Positions 1-10,844 of a stretch of 64,000 nt of DNA are shown here, piece by piece (position 1 is the stretch's first letter; each line of letters starts with the position of its first letter). Origin of the DNA: Trueperaceae bacterium (GTDB lineage Bacteria; Deinococcota; Deinococci; Deinococcales; Trueperaceae); contig OZ243956.1 in NCBI GenBank assembly GCA_965214405.1, forward strand, positions 2,176,001 through 2,240,000. The letters are read 5' to 3'. The translations under genes were made by a program, and so were the position numbers. The notes beneath the pieces are model-generated. The model ran no database searches. It had not been told where the DNA came from and saw nothing but the letters and a program-made list of their open reading frames with translations.

Positions 1-1406
1 TTGTTTTCGGCACCGACGGCTGGCGCGATATTATCGGCGACCGCTTTACCTTTGACAATGTGGCGCGGGTCGCGCAGGCCTACGCCGAGTATCTGCAAGC
101 GCAGGGGGCGACGCGCGTGGTGGTCGGTTTCGACACCCGCTTTAACGGCGAACTGTACGCGCGGCGCGTGGCGGAGGTGATGGCGGCCAACGGGCTCCAC
201 ACGCTCCTGTCAGACGCCTACCTGCCGACCCCCGCGCTCTCGTTCGCGGTCAAACATTATGGGGCGGGCGGCGGCGTCATGCTCACGGCCTCGCACAATC
301 CTCCTCCTTACAACGGCTTCAAGCTTAAAGGTTCTTACGGCGGCACCGCCACCCAAGACATCTACCAAGCGGTGAGCGAGCGGGTCGAGACTCTAACGGA
401 CGACGAGGTGGGCGTCTTTGACGAGAAAGCGCACACCATAGAAACGTTTAACATCCGCAAAGCCTATTTCGAGGCGCTAACAGCGCTTGTGGACGTGGAG
501 GCGCTGCGCACTTTTTCGGGCACGCTGGTTCACGACGCGATGGGCGGGGCGGGCGCGGGCTGGCTCACGGGATTCCTAAAGCACGCAAAACTCAAGATTC
601 CCGTTCACGAGGTTCACGCAGTTCCCAACCCGACGTTTTACGGCGTGTCTCCCGAGCCCATCGCGCAGAATTTGGCCTCCACGGTAGCAGTGATGAACGA
701 AAGCGACGCGGCGTTTGCCACCGCCACCGACGGCGACGGCGACCGCTTGGGGCTGGTGCTGCCGGGCGGCGACTACTTCAACTCGCACCAGATTTTTGCG
801 GTGCTGCTAGACCTGATGAGCCAGAAGGGCTACAGCGGGAAAGTGGTTAAGACGTTTACCGTCTCGCGCATTATCGAGCGTCTGGCTCAGGCGCGCGGCC
901 TCGAGGTCCAGGAGACGCCCGTCGGCTTCAAATACATTGTCGACGCCATGCTCTCAGAAAGCGTGCTCATCGGCGGTGAGGAGTCGGGCGGCATCGGGGT
1001 GGCGGGCTGGCTGCCCGAACGTGACGGGATTGCCAACAGTCTGCTGATGCTCGAGGCCGTCGTCAAGGCTGGCAAGCCGCTCCGGGAGATTTTTGCGGAG
1101 CTTGAGCGGGAGGCCAGTTGGCGGCACGCCTACAACCGTCTCGACCTTCACCTCCACGGCAACGATTTGAAAGAAGCGGTCATGCACTCTCTGGACATGC
1201 CCCCCGAACGCTTCGCCGACCGCGACATAACCTCGGTCGAGCGGCGCGACGGCGTCAAGCTCAACCTGGGCGAGGACGCTTGGCTCCTGTTCAGGCCGAG
1301 CGGCACCGAGCCCGTGCTGCGCGTTTACTGCGAAGCGCCGGATGATGAGGCGGTAAAGGAGATTTTGGGGAGGGCGCGAGCCTTCGTGGAGGGTCTAAAG
1401 CCGTAG
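1..1406 (+). CDS. Phosphoglucomutase/phosphomannomutase family protein (5' end outside window)
   Basis: Frame is open from position 3 (VFGTDGWR), with TASHNP phosphoserine motif, DGDGDR metal loop, GEESGG and RPSGTEP. Confidence 0.93.
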   Translation, partial: VFGTDGWRDIIGDRFTFDNVARVAQAYAEYLQAQGATRVVVGFDTRFNGELYARRVAEVMAANGLHTLLSDAYLPTPALSFAVKHYGAGGGVMLTASHNPPPYNGFKLKGSYGGTATQDIYQAVSERVETLTDDEVGVFDEKAHTIETFNIRKAYFEALTALVDVEALRTFSGTLVHDAMGGAGAGWLTGFLKHAKLKIPVHEVHAVPNPTFYGVSPEPIAQNLASTVAVMNESDAAFATATDGDGDRLGLVLPGGDYFNSHQIFAVLLDLMSQKGYSGKVVKTFTVSRIIERLAQARGLEVQETPVGFKYIVDAMLSESVLIGGEESGGIGVAGWLPERDGIANSLLMLEAVVKAGKPLREIFAELEREASWRHAYNRLDLHLHGNDLKEAVMHSLDMPPERFADRDITSVERRDGVKLNLGEDAWLLFRPSGTEPVLRVYCEAPDDEAVKEILGRARAFVEGLKP

Positions 1407-1617
1407 GAGCGGATAGTAACCTGTGGCGTAGCAACTTAACAGGGGGAGACAAGATACACTTCAGCTATCTGGTGTTGTTTAATCTTGTTGGAAGTCACCC
1501 TGGTAGACAGAAACTAGGCGCTGCAAGGGATTTTGGCTTGTTATGTCAAAAATCTAGAAAGTAGTTGGAGATGTCGAACTTAACTATAAGTACGCCGAAA
1601 TTCCTGAGCTTGGGTCA

Positions 1618-2025
1618 TTGGGTATTGTGAACAAGAAACTTGCACTTGTGGCTTGGCTCATCGGCGTTTCTGCTGCGGCGCTGGCCGGGTTGCAGCCGGA
1701 CCCTTACCTCGCAAGCGTGCGCGCGTCTCCACCGCCGCACCCGTACCCCGCAGAGACCGTCGGCTGGGTGGTATTGCTCATCTCCGCCCACGTCCTGCTT
1801 CTGCTCGCCGTCCTCCGGCCCAGCACGTACCGACGTTCGTGGGGCCGAGCCTTAGCCGCCTCTATACTGTCGGCGGCATTCTTGAGCTTGGGCGTGCTCG
1901 GCGCCATGCACTCGCCGCCCCCCTGGGTCGCGTACCTGCTGTGGCTAGTGGTCGTGCTCGCTGGCGCGCTGTTACTTTTAGCTTATTCGGTCGTTGCTGC
2001 CGCGAAAGCACAAGCCAGCACCTAA
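1618..2025 (+). CDS. Small hypothetical membrane protein (about 4 TM), cassette-like
   Basis: Hydrophobic 135-aa GC-rich ORF flanked by AT-richer DNA; start uncertain (TTG 1618 or GTG 1627). Confidence 0.6.
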   Translation: MGIVNKKLALVAWLIGVSAAALAGLQPDPYLASVRASPPPHPYPAETVGWVVLLISAHVLLLLAVLRPSTYRRSWGRALAASILSAAFLSLGVLGAMHSPPPWVAYLLWLVVVLAGALLLLAYSVVAAAKAQAST

Positions 2026-2118
2026 AAATTTGTTCAAACTGTTTGCCCAAACTGACGACTCTTCAGTGCGCTAAACCTGTTGTTAGCGGGAGGAGACCTC
2101 TACCCAATGTTAAAAATG

Positions 2119-3157
2119 TTAAAGTTGCAAAAACTCCTTGGGACTCTCGGATAAACGTTCGTAACCCCCTTCGGTAATGACCGTCAAATCCTCAATACGT
2201 ACGCCCGCCTCACCGGGTTCGTACACCCCCGGCTCGACGGTCACGGTCATGCCGGGCTCGAGCCGCTCGTCTTGGTCACGCGCCAAGCGCGGTCCCTCGT
2301 GAATCTCTAGGCCCACCCCGTGACCGAGGCTGTGAGTGAAATTTTCTCCCAGACCCGCTTCTGTCAAACTTTCTCGAGCCACGGCGTCCATCTCGCCCCC
2401 GGTTTTGCCCGGTGCAAGCGCGCGGAGTGCCCCTTCCTGCGCTCTCAAAACAGCGTCATACATCTCACGGAGTTTGCCGTTCACGCTTTCCACCGCCACC
2501 GTGCGCGTCATGTCGGCGTGATAGCCGTCCAGCTTAGCGCCGAAGTCGAGGGTAACCAAATCGCCTCTTTCGATGATTTTGTTCGACGCCACCCCGTGCG
2601 GCATCGCGCTCCGAACGCCGCTCGCCACGATGGTCTCGAAACTCATACCCTCAGCGCCGGAGAGGCGGAGGAAGCGCTCGAGTTCCAGCGCCACCTCGAC
2701 CTCGCGCGCCCCAGCTTTGATAAAACCTAAAATGTGCGTAAACCCCGCGTCGGTGAGCCGCGCCGCCTCGCGCAAAGTCTCAATCTCCTGGGTCGTCTTG
2801 CGGAGGCGCAGTTCATTCACGAGTCCTTTGGTGGGGACGGGCGCGGTGGGCAGTTTGTCGGCAAGCGTTTCAAAAAGGTCGTAATTCACGCTGTCGGATT
2901 CAAAAGCCAAGCGCCGCGACCCCACCCGCTCGGCGACAAAAGCGGGCCAATCTTTGGGGACGATTTCTACGGCCAACCGCGACTCTTCGCCCGCCTGGGC
3001 GGTGTAGCGCCCGTCGGTCACGAGCCACGCGTCAGTAAGGGTCACGAGCACCCGCCCGTCCTGAGGGCTCCGAAAGCCGGATAGATAACGCACGTTGGCG
3101 GGCCGGGTCACGAGCAGCGCCTCAGCGCCCGCGCTACTTAACTTTTCCCTCAGCCGC

Positions 3158-3165
<8 letters not shown>
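2119..3165 (-). CDS. Xaa-Pro aminopeptidase/dipeptidase (M24B)
   Basis: Creatinase-N domain, [37 protein letters not shown]; start re-assigned to ATG 3165 overlapping the tpiA stop. Confidence 0.92.
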
Positions 3166-3943
<778 letters not shown>

Positions 3944-4198
3944 GCGTCAGAATAACCCAGGTAACAGTTACGCACCTCTTTTTATTCTGCGGGGAATAGG
4001 CTACCCTGATACTCACACAGCAGGCACCACCTCTGTTTTGAGGCTCACGTTAACCTGTGGCACGACGAAACGACGGGCCACGTTTGGAGGCATTTTGAGA
4101 CCCACGGCGTTTATAACCTACCTTGCTCGCTTTGCTCGACTCCAACCGGACCTGCTTTGCGCCCTCTCGAGCACGTTTGCGGACGGGGCAAACCCGCT

Positions 4199-5194
4199 AT
4201 GAAAGCCTTCCGCCTCACCGACTTTTCCCCCCGAAGCGCCGAGCTTAACGACCTGCCCGACCCTCAACCCGCTCCGGGTAGCGTGCTCGTCGAGGTTGCG
4301 GCGTGCGGGGTCTGCGGCTCCGACCTGCACGCGTACAGGGCCGACCGCGGGTACGAGTGGATAAGCACTCCCGTCGTGCTCGGTCACGAGTTTTCCGGGA
4401 CCGTTAAGGCGCTCGGCGAGGGCGTAGAGCGTTTACAAGTCGGAGACAGGGTTGCCGCCGTCGCCATTCAAGGTTGCTTGAGCTGTTCGGCGTGCCTGGC
4501 GGGCGACACCCACCTTTGCGCGGCGCGCCGGGTTATCGGGCTGAGCTACGACGGCGGCATGGCTGAACTCGTTACGGTCAATGCGGCTTACTTGGTAAAG
4601 ATTCCCGACGGGCTCGAGCTTCCCTTAGCCGCCCTTATCGAACCTCTCTCGGTCGCCGTTCACGCGGTCTTGGTGCGCGCGCGGGTCTCTCCGGGTGACC
4701 GCGTCGTCGTCTCCGGCCCCGGCCCCATCGGCCTCCTCAGCGGCTTTGTCGCCAAGCTGGCGGGCGCGCAGGTGACGATACTCGGCACTCGAGCGGACGC
4801 GCAAACGCGGCTTCCGGCAGCCGCGGCGCTCGGTTTGGAGACTACACAGGACGTTGGGGTTTTAGAGTCTCCCGACCTCTGGGTCGAGGCCTCGGGCGCG
4901 ACCGCGGCCTTTGACGCGGCGGTCAAAACGGTGCGGCGGGGCGGGGCGCTTTCGGTCGTCGGCATGTACGCCCAGGCGACCGAGTTTTTCCCGACCGTCG
5001 CCGTACGCGCCGAGCTCACGCTGTCGTTTTCTTACGCGTCAAACTACCAAGATTATGAAACTGCGGCGAGGATTCTCGAGGGGCACGCCTCTGAACTCAA
5101 AACCCTGACCACGCCTTTTCCGCTCGAGCACGCTCCGGAAGCCTTTGACCAAGCGTTAGCGGGCGGGGTGGTTAAAGCGCTTCTTATTCCGTGA
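4199..5194 (+). CDS. Zinc-dependent alcohol/sugar dehydrogenase (MDR family)
   Basis: CGSDLH, GHE, four-Cys structural zinc site, GPGPIG; start at ATG 4199 (MKAFRL). Confidence 0.9.
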   Translation: MKAFRLTDFSPRSAELNDLPDPQPAPGSVLVEVAACGVCGSDLHAYRADRGYEWISTPVVLGHEFSGTVKALGEGVERLQVGDRVAAVAIQGCLSCSACLAGDTHLCAARRVIGLSYDGGMAELVTVNAAYLVKIPDGLELPLAALIEPLSVAVHAVLVRARVSPGDRVVVSGPGPIGLLSGFVAKLAGAQVTILGTRADAQTRLPAAAALGLETTQDVGVLESPDLWVEASGATAAFDAAVKTVRRGGALSVVGMYAQATEFFPTVAVRAELTLSFSYASNYQDYETAARILEGHASELKTLTTPFPLEHAPEAFDQALAGGVVKALLIP

Positions 5195-5292
5195 ACATCC
5201 TTTTTTAACCTGATTCGTTTACGCACGCCGGACTTCCTCAAAACACCTCCGCTGGACACCCGCCACGCGCCCTCCGTGGTACCCTAAATTTT

Positions 5293-6330
5293 ATGGAAGG
5301 TGACACGACTTTACGGCCCCGCACGCTTCAAGATTACGTCGGGCAAAAACGGCTCAAGGAAAAGTTCGGCATCTATCTCGAGGCCACCCGGAGCCGCGGC
5401 GAGCCCTTAGACCACGTGCTGCTCTACGGGCCGCCGGGCTTGGGCAAAACGACCCTGTCGCACATCATCGCCAACGAACTCGGCGTCGGCATCCGCGTGA
5501 CGAGCGGACCCGCCATCGAAAAACCGGGCGACCTGGCCGCGATTCTTACCAACGCGCTTGATGAGGGCGACGTGCTCTTTATCGACGAGATCCACCGCCT
5601 GGGCCGCGTGGCCGAGGAGCACCTGTATCCGGCGATGGAGGATTTCAAGATCGACATCATCCTGGGTCAGGGACCCGCGGCGCGCACCATCCGGCTCGAC
5701 CTGCCGCGCTTTACGCTTATCGGCGCGACCACCCGGCCGGGGCTCATCACCCAGCCCATGCGGAGCCGGTTCGGGATTATCGAGCACTTAGAGTATTACA
5801 CCGACGAGGAACTCTCGGGCGGCGTCCTGCGCGACGCTAAGCTCCTGGGTTTTGGCTTAGACCCCGACGCGGCCCTGGAGATTGGCCGCCGGGCGCGCGG
5901 CACCATGCGCATCGCCAAGCGCCTCTTGCGCCGCGTGCGCGACTACGCGGAGGTCGCGGGCGAGGAGACGGTGAGTTTGGCGCGGGCGAAACACGCGCTC
6001 AACGAACTCGGCATCGACGAACTTGGCCTGGACGCGCGCGACCGGACCATTCTCGAGGCCGTCATCTGCAAATTCGCGGGCGGCCCGGTAGGCGTGGGCA
6101 CGCTCGCCACCTCCGTGGGCGAGGACGGGGCCACCCTAGAAGAGGTCTACGAGCCCTACCTCATCCAGCGCGGCTTTATCAAAAGGACGCAGCGCGGGCG
6201 CGTCGCCACGGAGCACGCGTACCATCACCTGGGCTACGTCTACCGGGGGAGCGCCCAGGAGGCGCTCTTTGATGATGGTTTTGACGGAACTTTCGGCGGT
6301 GCGTTGGACGACTCGGACGAGGCCGCGTAA
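5293..6330 (+). CDS. ruvB: Holliday junction branch migration helicase RuvB
   Basis: [34 protein letters not shown]. Confidence 0.98.
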   Translation: MEGDTTLRPRTLQDYVGQKRLKEKFGIYLEATRSRGEPLDHVLLYGPPGLGKTTLSHIIANELGVGIRVTSGPAIEKPGDLAAILTNALDEGDVLFIDEIHRLGRVAEEHLYPAMEDFKIDIILGQGPAARTIRLDLPRFTLIGATTRPGLITQPMRSRFGIIEHLEYYTDEELSGGVLRDAKLLGFGLDPDAALEIGRRARGTMRIAKRLLRRVRDYAEVAGEETVSLARAKHALNELGIDELGLDARDRTILEAVICKFAGGPVGVGTLATSVGEDGATLEEVYEPYLIQRGFIKRTQRGRVATEHAYHHLGYVYRGSAQEALFDDGFDGTFGGALDDSDEAA

Positions 6331-6583
6331 ACCGCGCTGCAAGCAGTCTGTGTGGAGCAATCCATGTGGGGCGTCGGACGGGAAAACAACGGCTAAGAAG
6401 TCCTGTTGACTCAAGCACCCTTCGAGAACTTCAAATCACGATTTTCACAAGCATTTTCTCAAGAATCTTTACAGGACGACGCGCTGATGAGGCGTCTTCA
6501 ACACCCTAGCGGGCGCGTCTTCTCTATACTGCTGGTGATAGCGTCATGACTCATCTCATTCGAATTCTTCTCAGCAGGGTCCG

Positions 6584-7720
6584 GTGGCTGGGGTCCTCCC
6601 GAGCCCGCCCCGCCCGCCCGACGAGACGCACCCCGTGATTCAGGGGAGCCTGCACGACGCGCCCATCTCCGACGTGTTCCAAATCATTGTGAGCGGGCTC
6701 AAGTCGGGCGTGCTGACGGTCGTGAAAAAGGAGAGCCGCGCGCGTCTTTATTTCGAGGGAGGGCGGCTGCAATACGCGCACCTTTCGCCCGGCCCCCACT
6801 TAGGCGAAATTTTGGTGCGTTTAGACCTCCTGAGCGCGTTTGAAGTTCAGATGATGCTTCTCAAACAGTCCTCGGTGGAACTGGGTGCAAGCGGCAAAAG
6901 CGTGCCCCTCGGGCTTCTGGCGGTGCGCGAGGGGCTGATGGACGAAGGAGACCTCAAGCGGGCGCTCAGGGCGCAAGTGCTCGAGGTCATGACCGAACTC
7001 ATCACCTGGAAGAGCGGCGCGTTTTCTTTTGTGGAGCGTTCGCCCGAGGTCGCGCAGCACCTCAACGAACACGCGCTCGACGCGGTGCAACTCCTTATGG
7101 AAACCGCCCAGCGCCTCCACGAGTGGGAGAGCGCCGTTCCCGCGCGCGCCGTGTTCGAAAAGTCGGGCGACCCCACCAAGGTAAGCCTCCTCAAGGGCAG
7201 TTGGGAGGTGCTCGGTTACGTGGACAGCAAGCGCAGCGCGCGCTCTATCGCCGCGGAACTCGACGTGCCCGAAAAGCAGGTCTACCGCATCCTCGCCGAA
7301 TTAGAAGCCAAGGGCGTGATTCAGGCCCTATCGTTTGCGCCCGAAACGCCGCTGGTGCTGTTCGTGTCGCCCTCGTCGGCGCTCCAGCGGCTCGTGCGCT
7401 TGACCTTGCAGCGCGCTAGGCTCGAGGTCCTTTTGGCCGACGACCCCGCAGGAGGTCTGGACGCGCTCGCCGCAGCGCGTCCTCAAGCCGTCGTGGTAGA
7501 CGACGCGGGTGACGGCGGTGCGGGCGCGGCCTGGACATTTGTCAAGGAACTGCGCAAACACTCCGGCGGGGGCCACCTGCCTGTTCTCGTCCTCACCGGG
7601 GTGAAGGGTAGTCTGTTGGAGCGCCTGAGGCGTCCCAAGGCGCTCACCCTGGAAAAGCCCTTTCACGAGATTGACTTACAGCAAAGCGTCGTCAAGATGG
7701 TTGGACAGCCGCTCGCTTAG
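6584..7720 (+). CDS. DUF4388 (PATAN)-wHTH-receiver protein, PatA-like
   Basis: GSLHDAPISDVFQII..KSGVL..LYFEGG N-terminus and C-terminal REC-like domain (PQAVVVD, LPVLVLT, KPF); true start may be GTG near 6635. Confidence 0.75.
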   Translation: MAGVLPSPPRPPDETHPVIQGSLHDAPISDVFQIIVSGLKSGVLTVVKKESRARLYFEGGRLQYAHLSPGPHLGEILVRLDLLSAFEVQMMLLKQSSVELGASGKSVPLGLLAVREGLMDEGDLKRALRAQVLEVMTELITWKSGAFSFVERSPEVAQHLNEHALDAVQLLMETAQRLHEWESAVPARAVFEKSGDPTKVSLLKGSWEVLGYVDSKRSARSIAAELDVPEKQVYRILAELEAKGVIQALSFAPETPLVLFVSPSSALQRLVRLTLQRARLEVLLADDPAGGLDALAAARPQAVVVDDAGDGGAGAAWTFVKELRKHSGGGHLPVLVLTGVKGSLLERLRRPKALTLEKPFHEIDLQQSVVKMVGQPLA

Positions 7721-7945
7721 TATCAACCACATAAGTCTTTGCCAGAGAACGAACGTGCAGGACACCGTAAACCGGTTACGTCTCCTCGAAAAACTGTGGG
7801 CTGAGCACATCCATACAACATTCAAAGTGATAAGATTAGAGCTAAGAAATCTGAGTGCTTACCTATCAACCTCTGTGCAAATCTTAACCTCGATATTCGC
7901 CCCAGCAAATGACGCAGTGAGAATGAAAAGCAGGAGGAGACGGCG

Positions 7946-9025
7946 TTGATTACAGAACCTATCCGTCCTACGAGTTCACCCCTTGAAAGACCCATACGCG
8001 AAACCAAACCCAAACTGTGGACGCCCAAACGGGTGCTGTTTACGCCGGACGCGCTCGAGCAGCCCTTCGGCCAGGCCATCCACGCGCGCATGACTGCGCT
8101 CGGCCTCGACATCACTGAACTCCCCAGCAACCGCGTCACGGGCTTGCGCGGCAAAGACGAACGTGAGACCTACCGCTTAGCCAAACAAACTTTGGCTGTC
8201 GTCAACGCGCCCCCCAGCCTGATGAAGCTTCAGCCCATCCCCCCGTCAGCCGACTGGCAGTTTCACCTCGCTAAGGGCTGCCCCGCGCACTGCCAATACT
8301 GCTACCTCGCGGGCTCGCTCTCGGGGCCGCCCGTCACGCGCGTCTACGCGAACCTGCCTGAGATTTTGTCGCATCTGGCCCCTTACGAGAGACCGGGCGA
8401 GGCGACCACCTTTGAGGTGTCGTGCTACACCGACCCGCTCGGCTTAGAACACCTTACCGGCAGCCTCTCCGAGTGCATCCGCTACTTTGGCACGCGCACC
8501 GACGGTTATTTACGTTTTGTGAGCAAGTTCGACGCGGTGGACGGTCTGCTGGACCTGCCGCATAACGGGCAAACCAGGGCTCGAGCCTCGGTCAACGCTG
8601 AACCCATTAGCACACGCATGGAGGGCGGCACCGCGCCCGTGTCGGCGCGTCTGGGCGCGCTTCGCAAGCTCGCGGCGGCGGGTTACCCGGTGGGGTTGGT
8701 GATTGCCCCTATCATGCCCATAGCGGATTGGCTCGAGCATTACACCGCCCTTTTTGACGAGATCGAAAGGACGCTCGATCTCCCCTGTGACCTTACCTTT
8801 GAACTTATCAGCCACCGCTTTACCCCCGGCTCTAAGGAGGTGTTGGAGGGCTGGTATCCTAACTCGGCGCTCGAGATGGATGAGTCGCAACGCAGCGTCA
8901 AGCGCAACAAGTTTGGCGGCCTCAAGTACGTGTACGACAAAGAAACGATGGGCCAACTTCGCGCCTTTTTCGAGACGGAAATCTCGTTGCGGTTCCCGGA
9001 GGCCAAGCTTTTGTACTGGACCTAA
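7946..9025 (+). CDS. splB: Spore photoproduct lyase family radical SAM protein
   Basis: GCPAHCQYCYL CxxxCxxC motif, FEVSCYTD, GYPVGLVIAPI, FELISHRFT, K..KFG..KYVY. Confidence 0.85.
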   Translation: MITEPIRPTSSPLERPIRETKPKLWTPKRVLFTPDALEQPFGQAIHARMTALGLDITELPSNRVTGLRGKDERETYRLAKQTLAVVNAPPSLMKLQPIPPSADWQFHLAKGCPAHCQYCYLAGSLSGPPVTRVYANLPEILSHLAPYERPGEATTFEVSCYTDPLGLEHLTGSLSECIRYFGTRTDGYLRFVSKFDAVDGLLDLPHNGQTRARASVNAEPISTRMEGGTAPVSARLGALRKLAAAGYPVGLVIAPIMPIADWLEHYTALFDEIERTLDLPCDLTFELISHRFTPGSKEVLEGWYPNSALEMDESQRSVKRNKFGGLKYVYDKETMGQLRAFFETEISLRFPEAKLLYWT

Positions 9026-9059
9026 ACGCCGTAATATAATCCAGAGAAGGCCAAATTCG

Positions 9060-9090
9060 AGACGCCGCCACATAGACGGCGTCTTCTTTT
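9060..9090 (+). terminator. Intrinsic terminator after splB
   Basis: AGACGCCG/CGGCGTCT stem followed by TCTTTT. Confidence 0.7.
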
Positions 9091-9131
9091 ATTGGTGCAT
9101 ACTCTCCCCTTTTATTGGTGCATACTCTCCC
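9086..9131. repeat. Perfect 23-bp tandem duplication (2 copies)
   Basis: CTTTTATTGGTGCATACTCTCCC at 9086-9108 and 9109-9131. Confidence 0.95.
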
Positions 9132-9353
9132 CACCAACGTTAAACTTTGATGATAGGCCCTCATGAAAAGTGAGAGCCAGCACCCTTGTAAGTGAGAAAT
9201 ACCCCTGCTATAGTCGAGACATCAAACAACCGCAAGCGGCGCTTCTAAGCTTGCCTACAACCTTGATAAGTTTTTGTACCCGGCTCGAGGCCCCCGTGTG
9301 GTTGGTTTGACAAACATTGTGGAGCAGCAGAAAAAGTACAGAAAGGGTGAAAG

Positions 9354-10667
9354 ATGAAGAAATTTCTACTCCCGCTCGTGCTCGCCTTTGGAATGGTGGC
9401 TTTTGCACAGCAAGACGCCACCATCACCTGGCTCACGGGCAACTCGGGTCAGGCCATCGAGTACGCCAATGATGCAGCGCAGCGTTACATGGACGCCAAC
9501 CCGCACACCATCGGTGGCGAGGACTACAACGTCACCATTAACGTCTTGCAGGGTCCTGAGTCCGCGACCGACCGCTACGCCCAGTACCTCCAGTACTTCC
9601 AGGCGCAGTCGGGTGAGGCCGATCTGCTCGAGATCGACGTAATCTGGCCCGGCGACTTGGCCGAGCACTTGGTAGACTTGTACCAGTATGACGGGATGCA
9701 AGAAGCCGTTGCCGATATGTTCCCCGCCATCGTCGAGAACAACACGGTGGACGGCGCACTCGTCGGCATCCCTGCGTATACCGACGCCGGACTCTTATAC
9801 TACCGTTCGGACCTGCTCGAGAAGTACGGCTTTAGCGGGCCTCCCGCCACCTGGGCTGAAATGGCCGAGATGGCCCAAACGATCCAGGATGGCGAACGCG
9901 GCGAGGGCAACCAAGACTTTCATGGCTTTGTGTGGCAGGGCGCGGCCTACGAGGGGCTGACTTGCGACGCGCTCGAGTGGGTTGCTTCGAACGACGGCGG
10001 CACCATCATCTCCCCGGACGGCACCATCACCATCAACAACGAGAACGCCATCGACATCGTGCAGCAGGCTGCCGATTGGGTCGGCACCATCTCGCCGAGC
10101 GGCGTCACGGGTTTCCAAGAAGAGGACGCCCGTCGCATCTGGACGGCTGGTAACGCCGCCTTTATGCGCAACTGGCCCTACGCCTACTCCTTGAGTGTGG
10201 GTGAAGAGAGCGCCATCACGATTGACCAGTTCGGCGTTATGCCTCTTCCCGCCGGGAGCGTCGAGGGCGGCTCCCCCGCAGCGACGCTGGGCGGCTGGCA
10301 GTACGGTGTGTCCCAATACAGCGCCAACCCGGCGGCGGCGGCTGACTTTGCGATGTTTCTCGCTTCTTACGACGAGCAGCTCACGCGCGCCATCAACCTT
10401 AGCAACCTGCCCACCATCCAAGGAATTTACAACGACGAGCAACTTCTCTCTTCGGACGTAGCCTGGTTCAACGCGCTGCTGCCCGTGTTCCAGAACGCCG
10501 TGGCCCGTCCCTCGACCGCCACCGCGCCCAACTATAACGAGGTCTCGCGCGCCTTTTATACGACCGTTCACGACGTGCTGACCGGCACGGCGAACGCCGA
10601 AGACGCCTTTGCGGAACTCGAGCTCGACTTAGAAGACCTCACCGGCCTCCCGACCGGCACGCCTTAA
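9354..10667 (+). CDS. Sugar ABC transporter substrate-binding protein (trehalose/maltose type)
   Basis: Sec signal peptide (AFA); DVIWPG, LLYYRSDLL, YEGLTCDALEW, FMRNWPYAY, LGGW, ARP motifs. Confidence 0.9.
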   Translation: MKKFLLPLVLAFGMVAFAQQDATITWLTGNSGQAIEYANDAAQRYMDANPHTIGGEDYNVTINVLQGPESATDRYAQYLQYFQAQSGEADLLEIDVIWPGDLAEHLVDLYQYDGMQEAVADMFPAIVENNTVDGALVGIPAYTDAGLLYYRSDLLEKYGFSGPPATWAEMAEMAQTIQDGERGEGNQDFHGFVWQGAAYEGLTCDALEWVASNDGGTIISPDGTITINNENAIDIVQQAADWVGTISPSGVTGFQEEDARRIWTAGNAAFMRNWPYAYSLSVGEESAITIDQFGVMPLPAGSVEGGSPAATLGGWQYGVSQYSANPAAAADFAMFLASYDEQLTRAINLSNLPTIQGIYNDEQLLSSDVAWFNALLPVFQNAVARPSTATAPNYNEVSRAFYTTVHDVLTGTANAEDAFAELELDLEDLTGLPTGTP

Positions 10668-10743
10668 TCCTGCTAGGGCGGTGAGACCCGCGTAACGCGT
10701 GGGCAATCGTCATTACCTAAACGCACAAGTATCACTAAAGACC

Positions 10744-10776
10744 AAAGCCGGGCTGGAATAAATCAGCCCGGCTTTT
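10744..10776 (+). terminator. Hairpin/terminator between binding protein and permeases
   Basis: AAAGCCGGGCTG/CAGCCCGGCTTTT. Confidence 0.7.
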
Positions 10777-10844
10777 ACGCGTCCGTGCTTACGCAGACGC
10801 GGTCAACCTGATATAGTTTATTAATTTCATAAGGAGGTAACGCT

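Noticed and set aside
5195..5292. Radiation-desiccation response motif upstream of ruvB (also checked at splB and recQ)
   Set aside because: No convincing 17-bp palindrome match by eye.
7721..7945. Short AT-rich ORF upstream of splB
   Set aside because: No motif or clear start; may be a remnant but unsupported.
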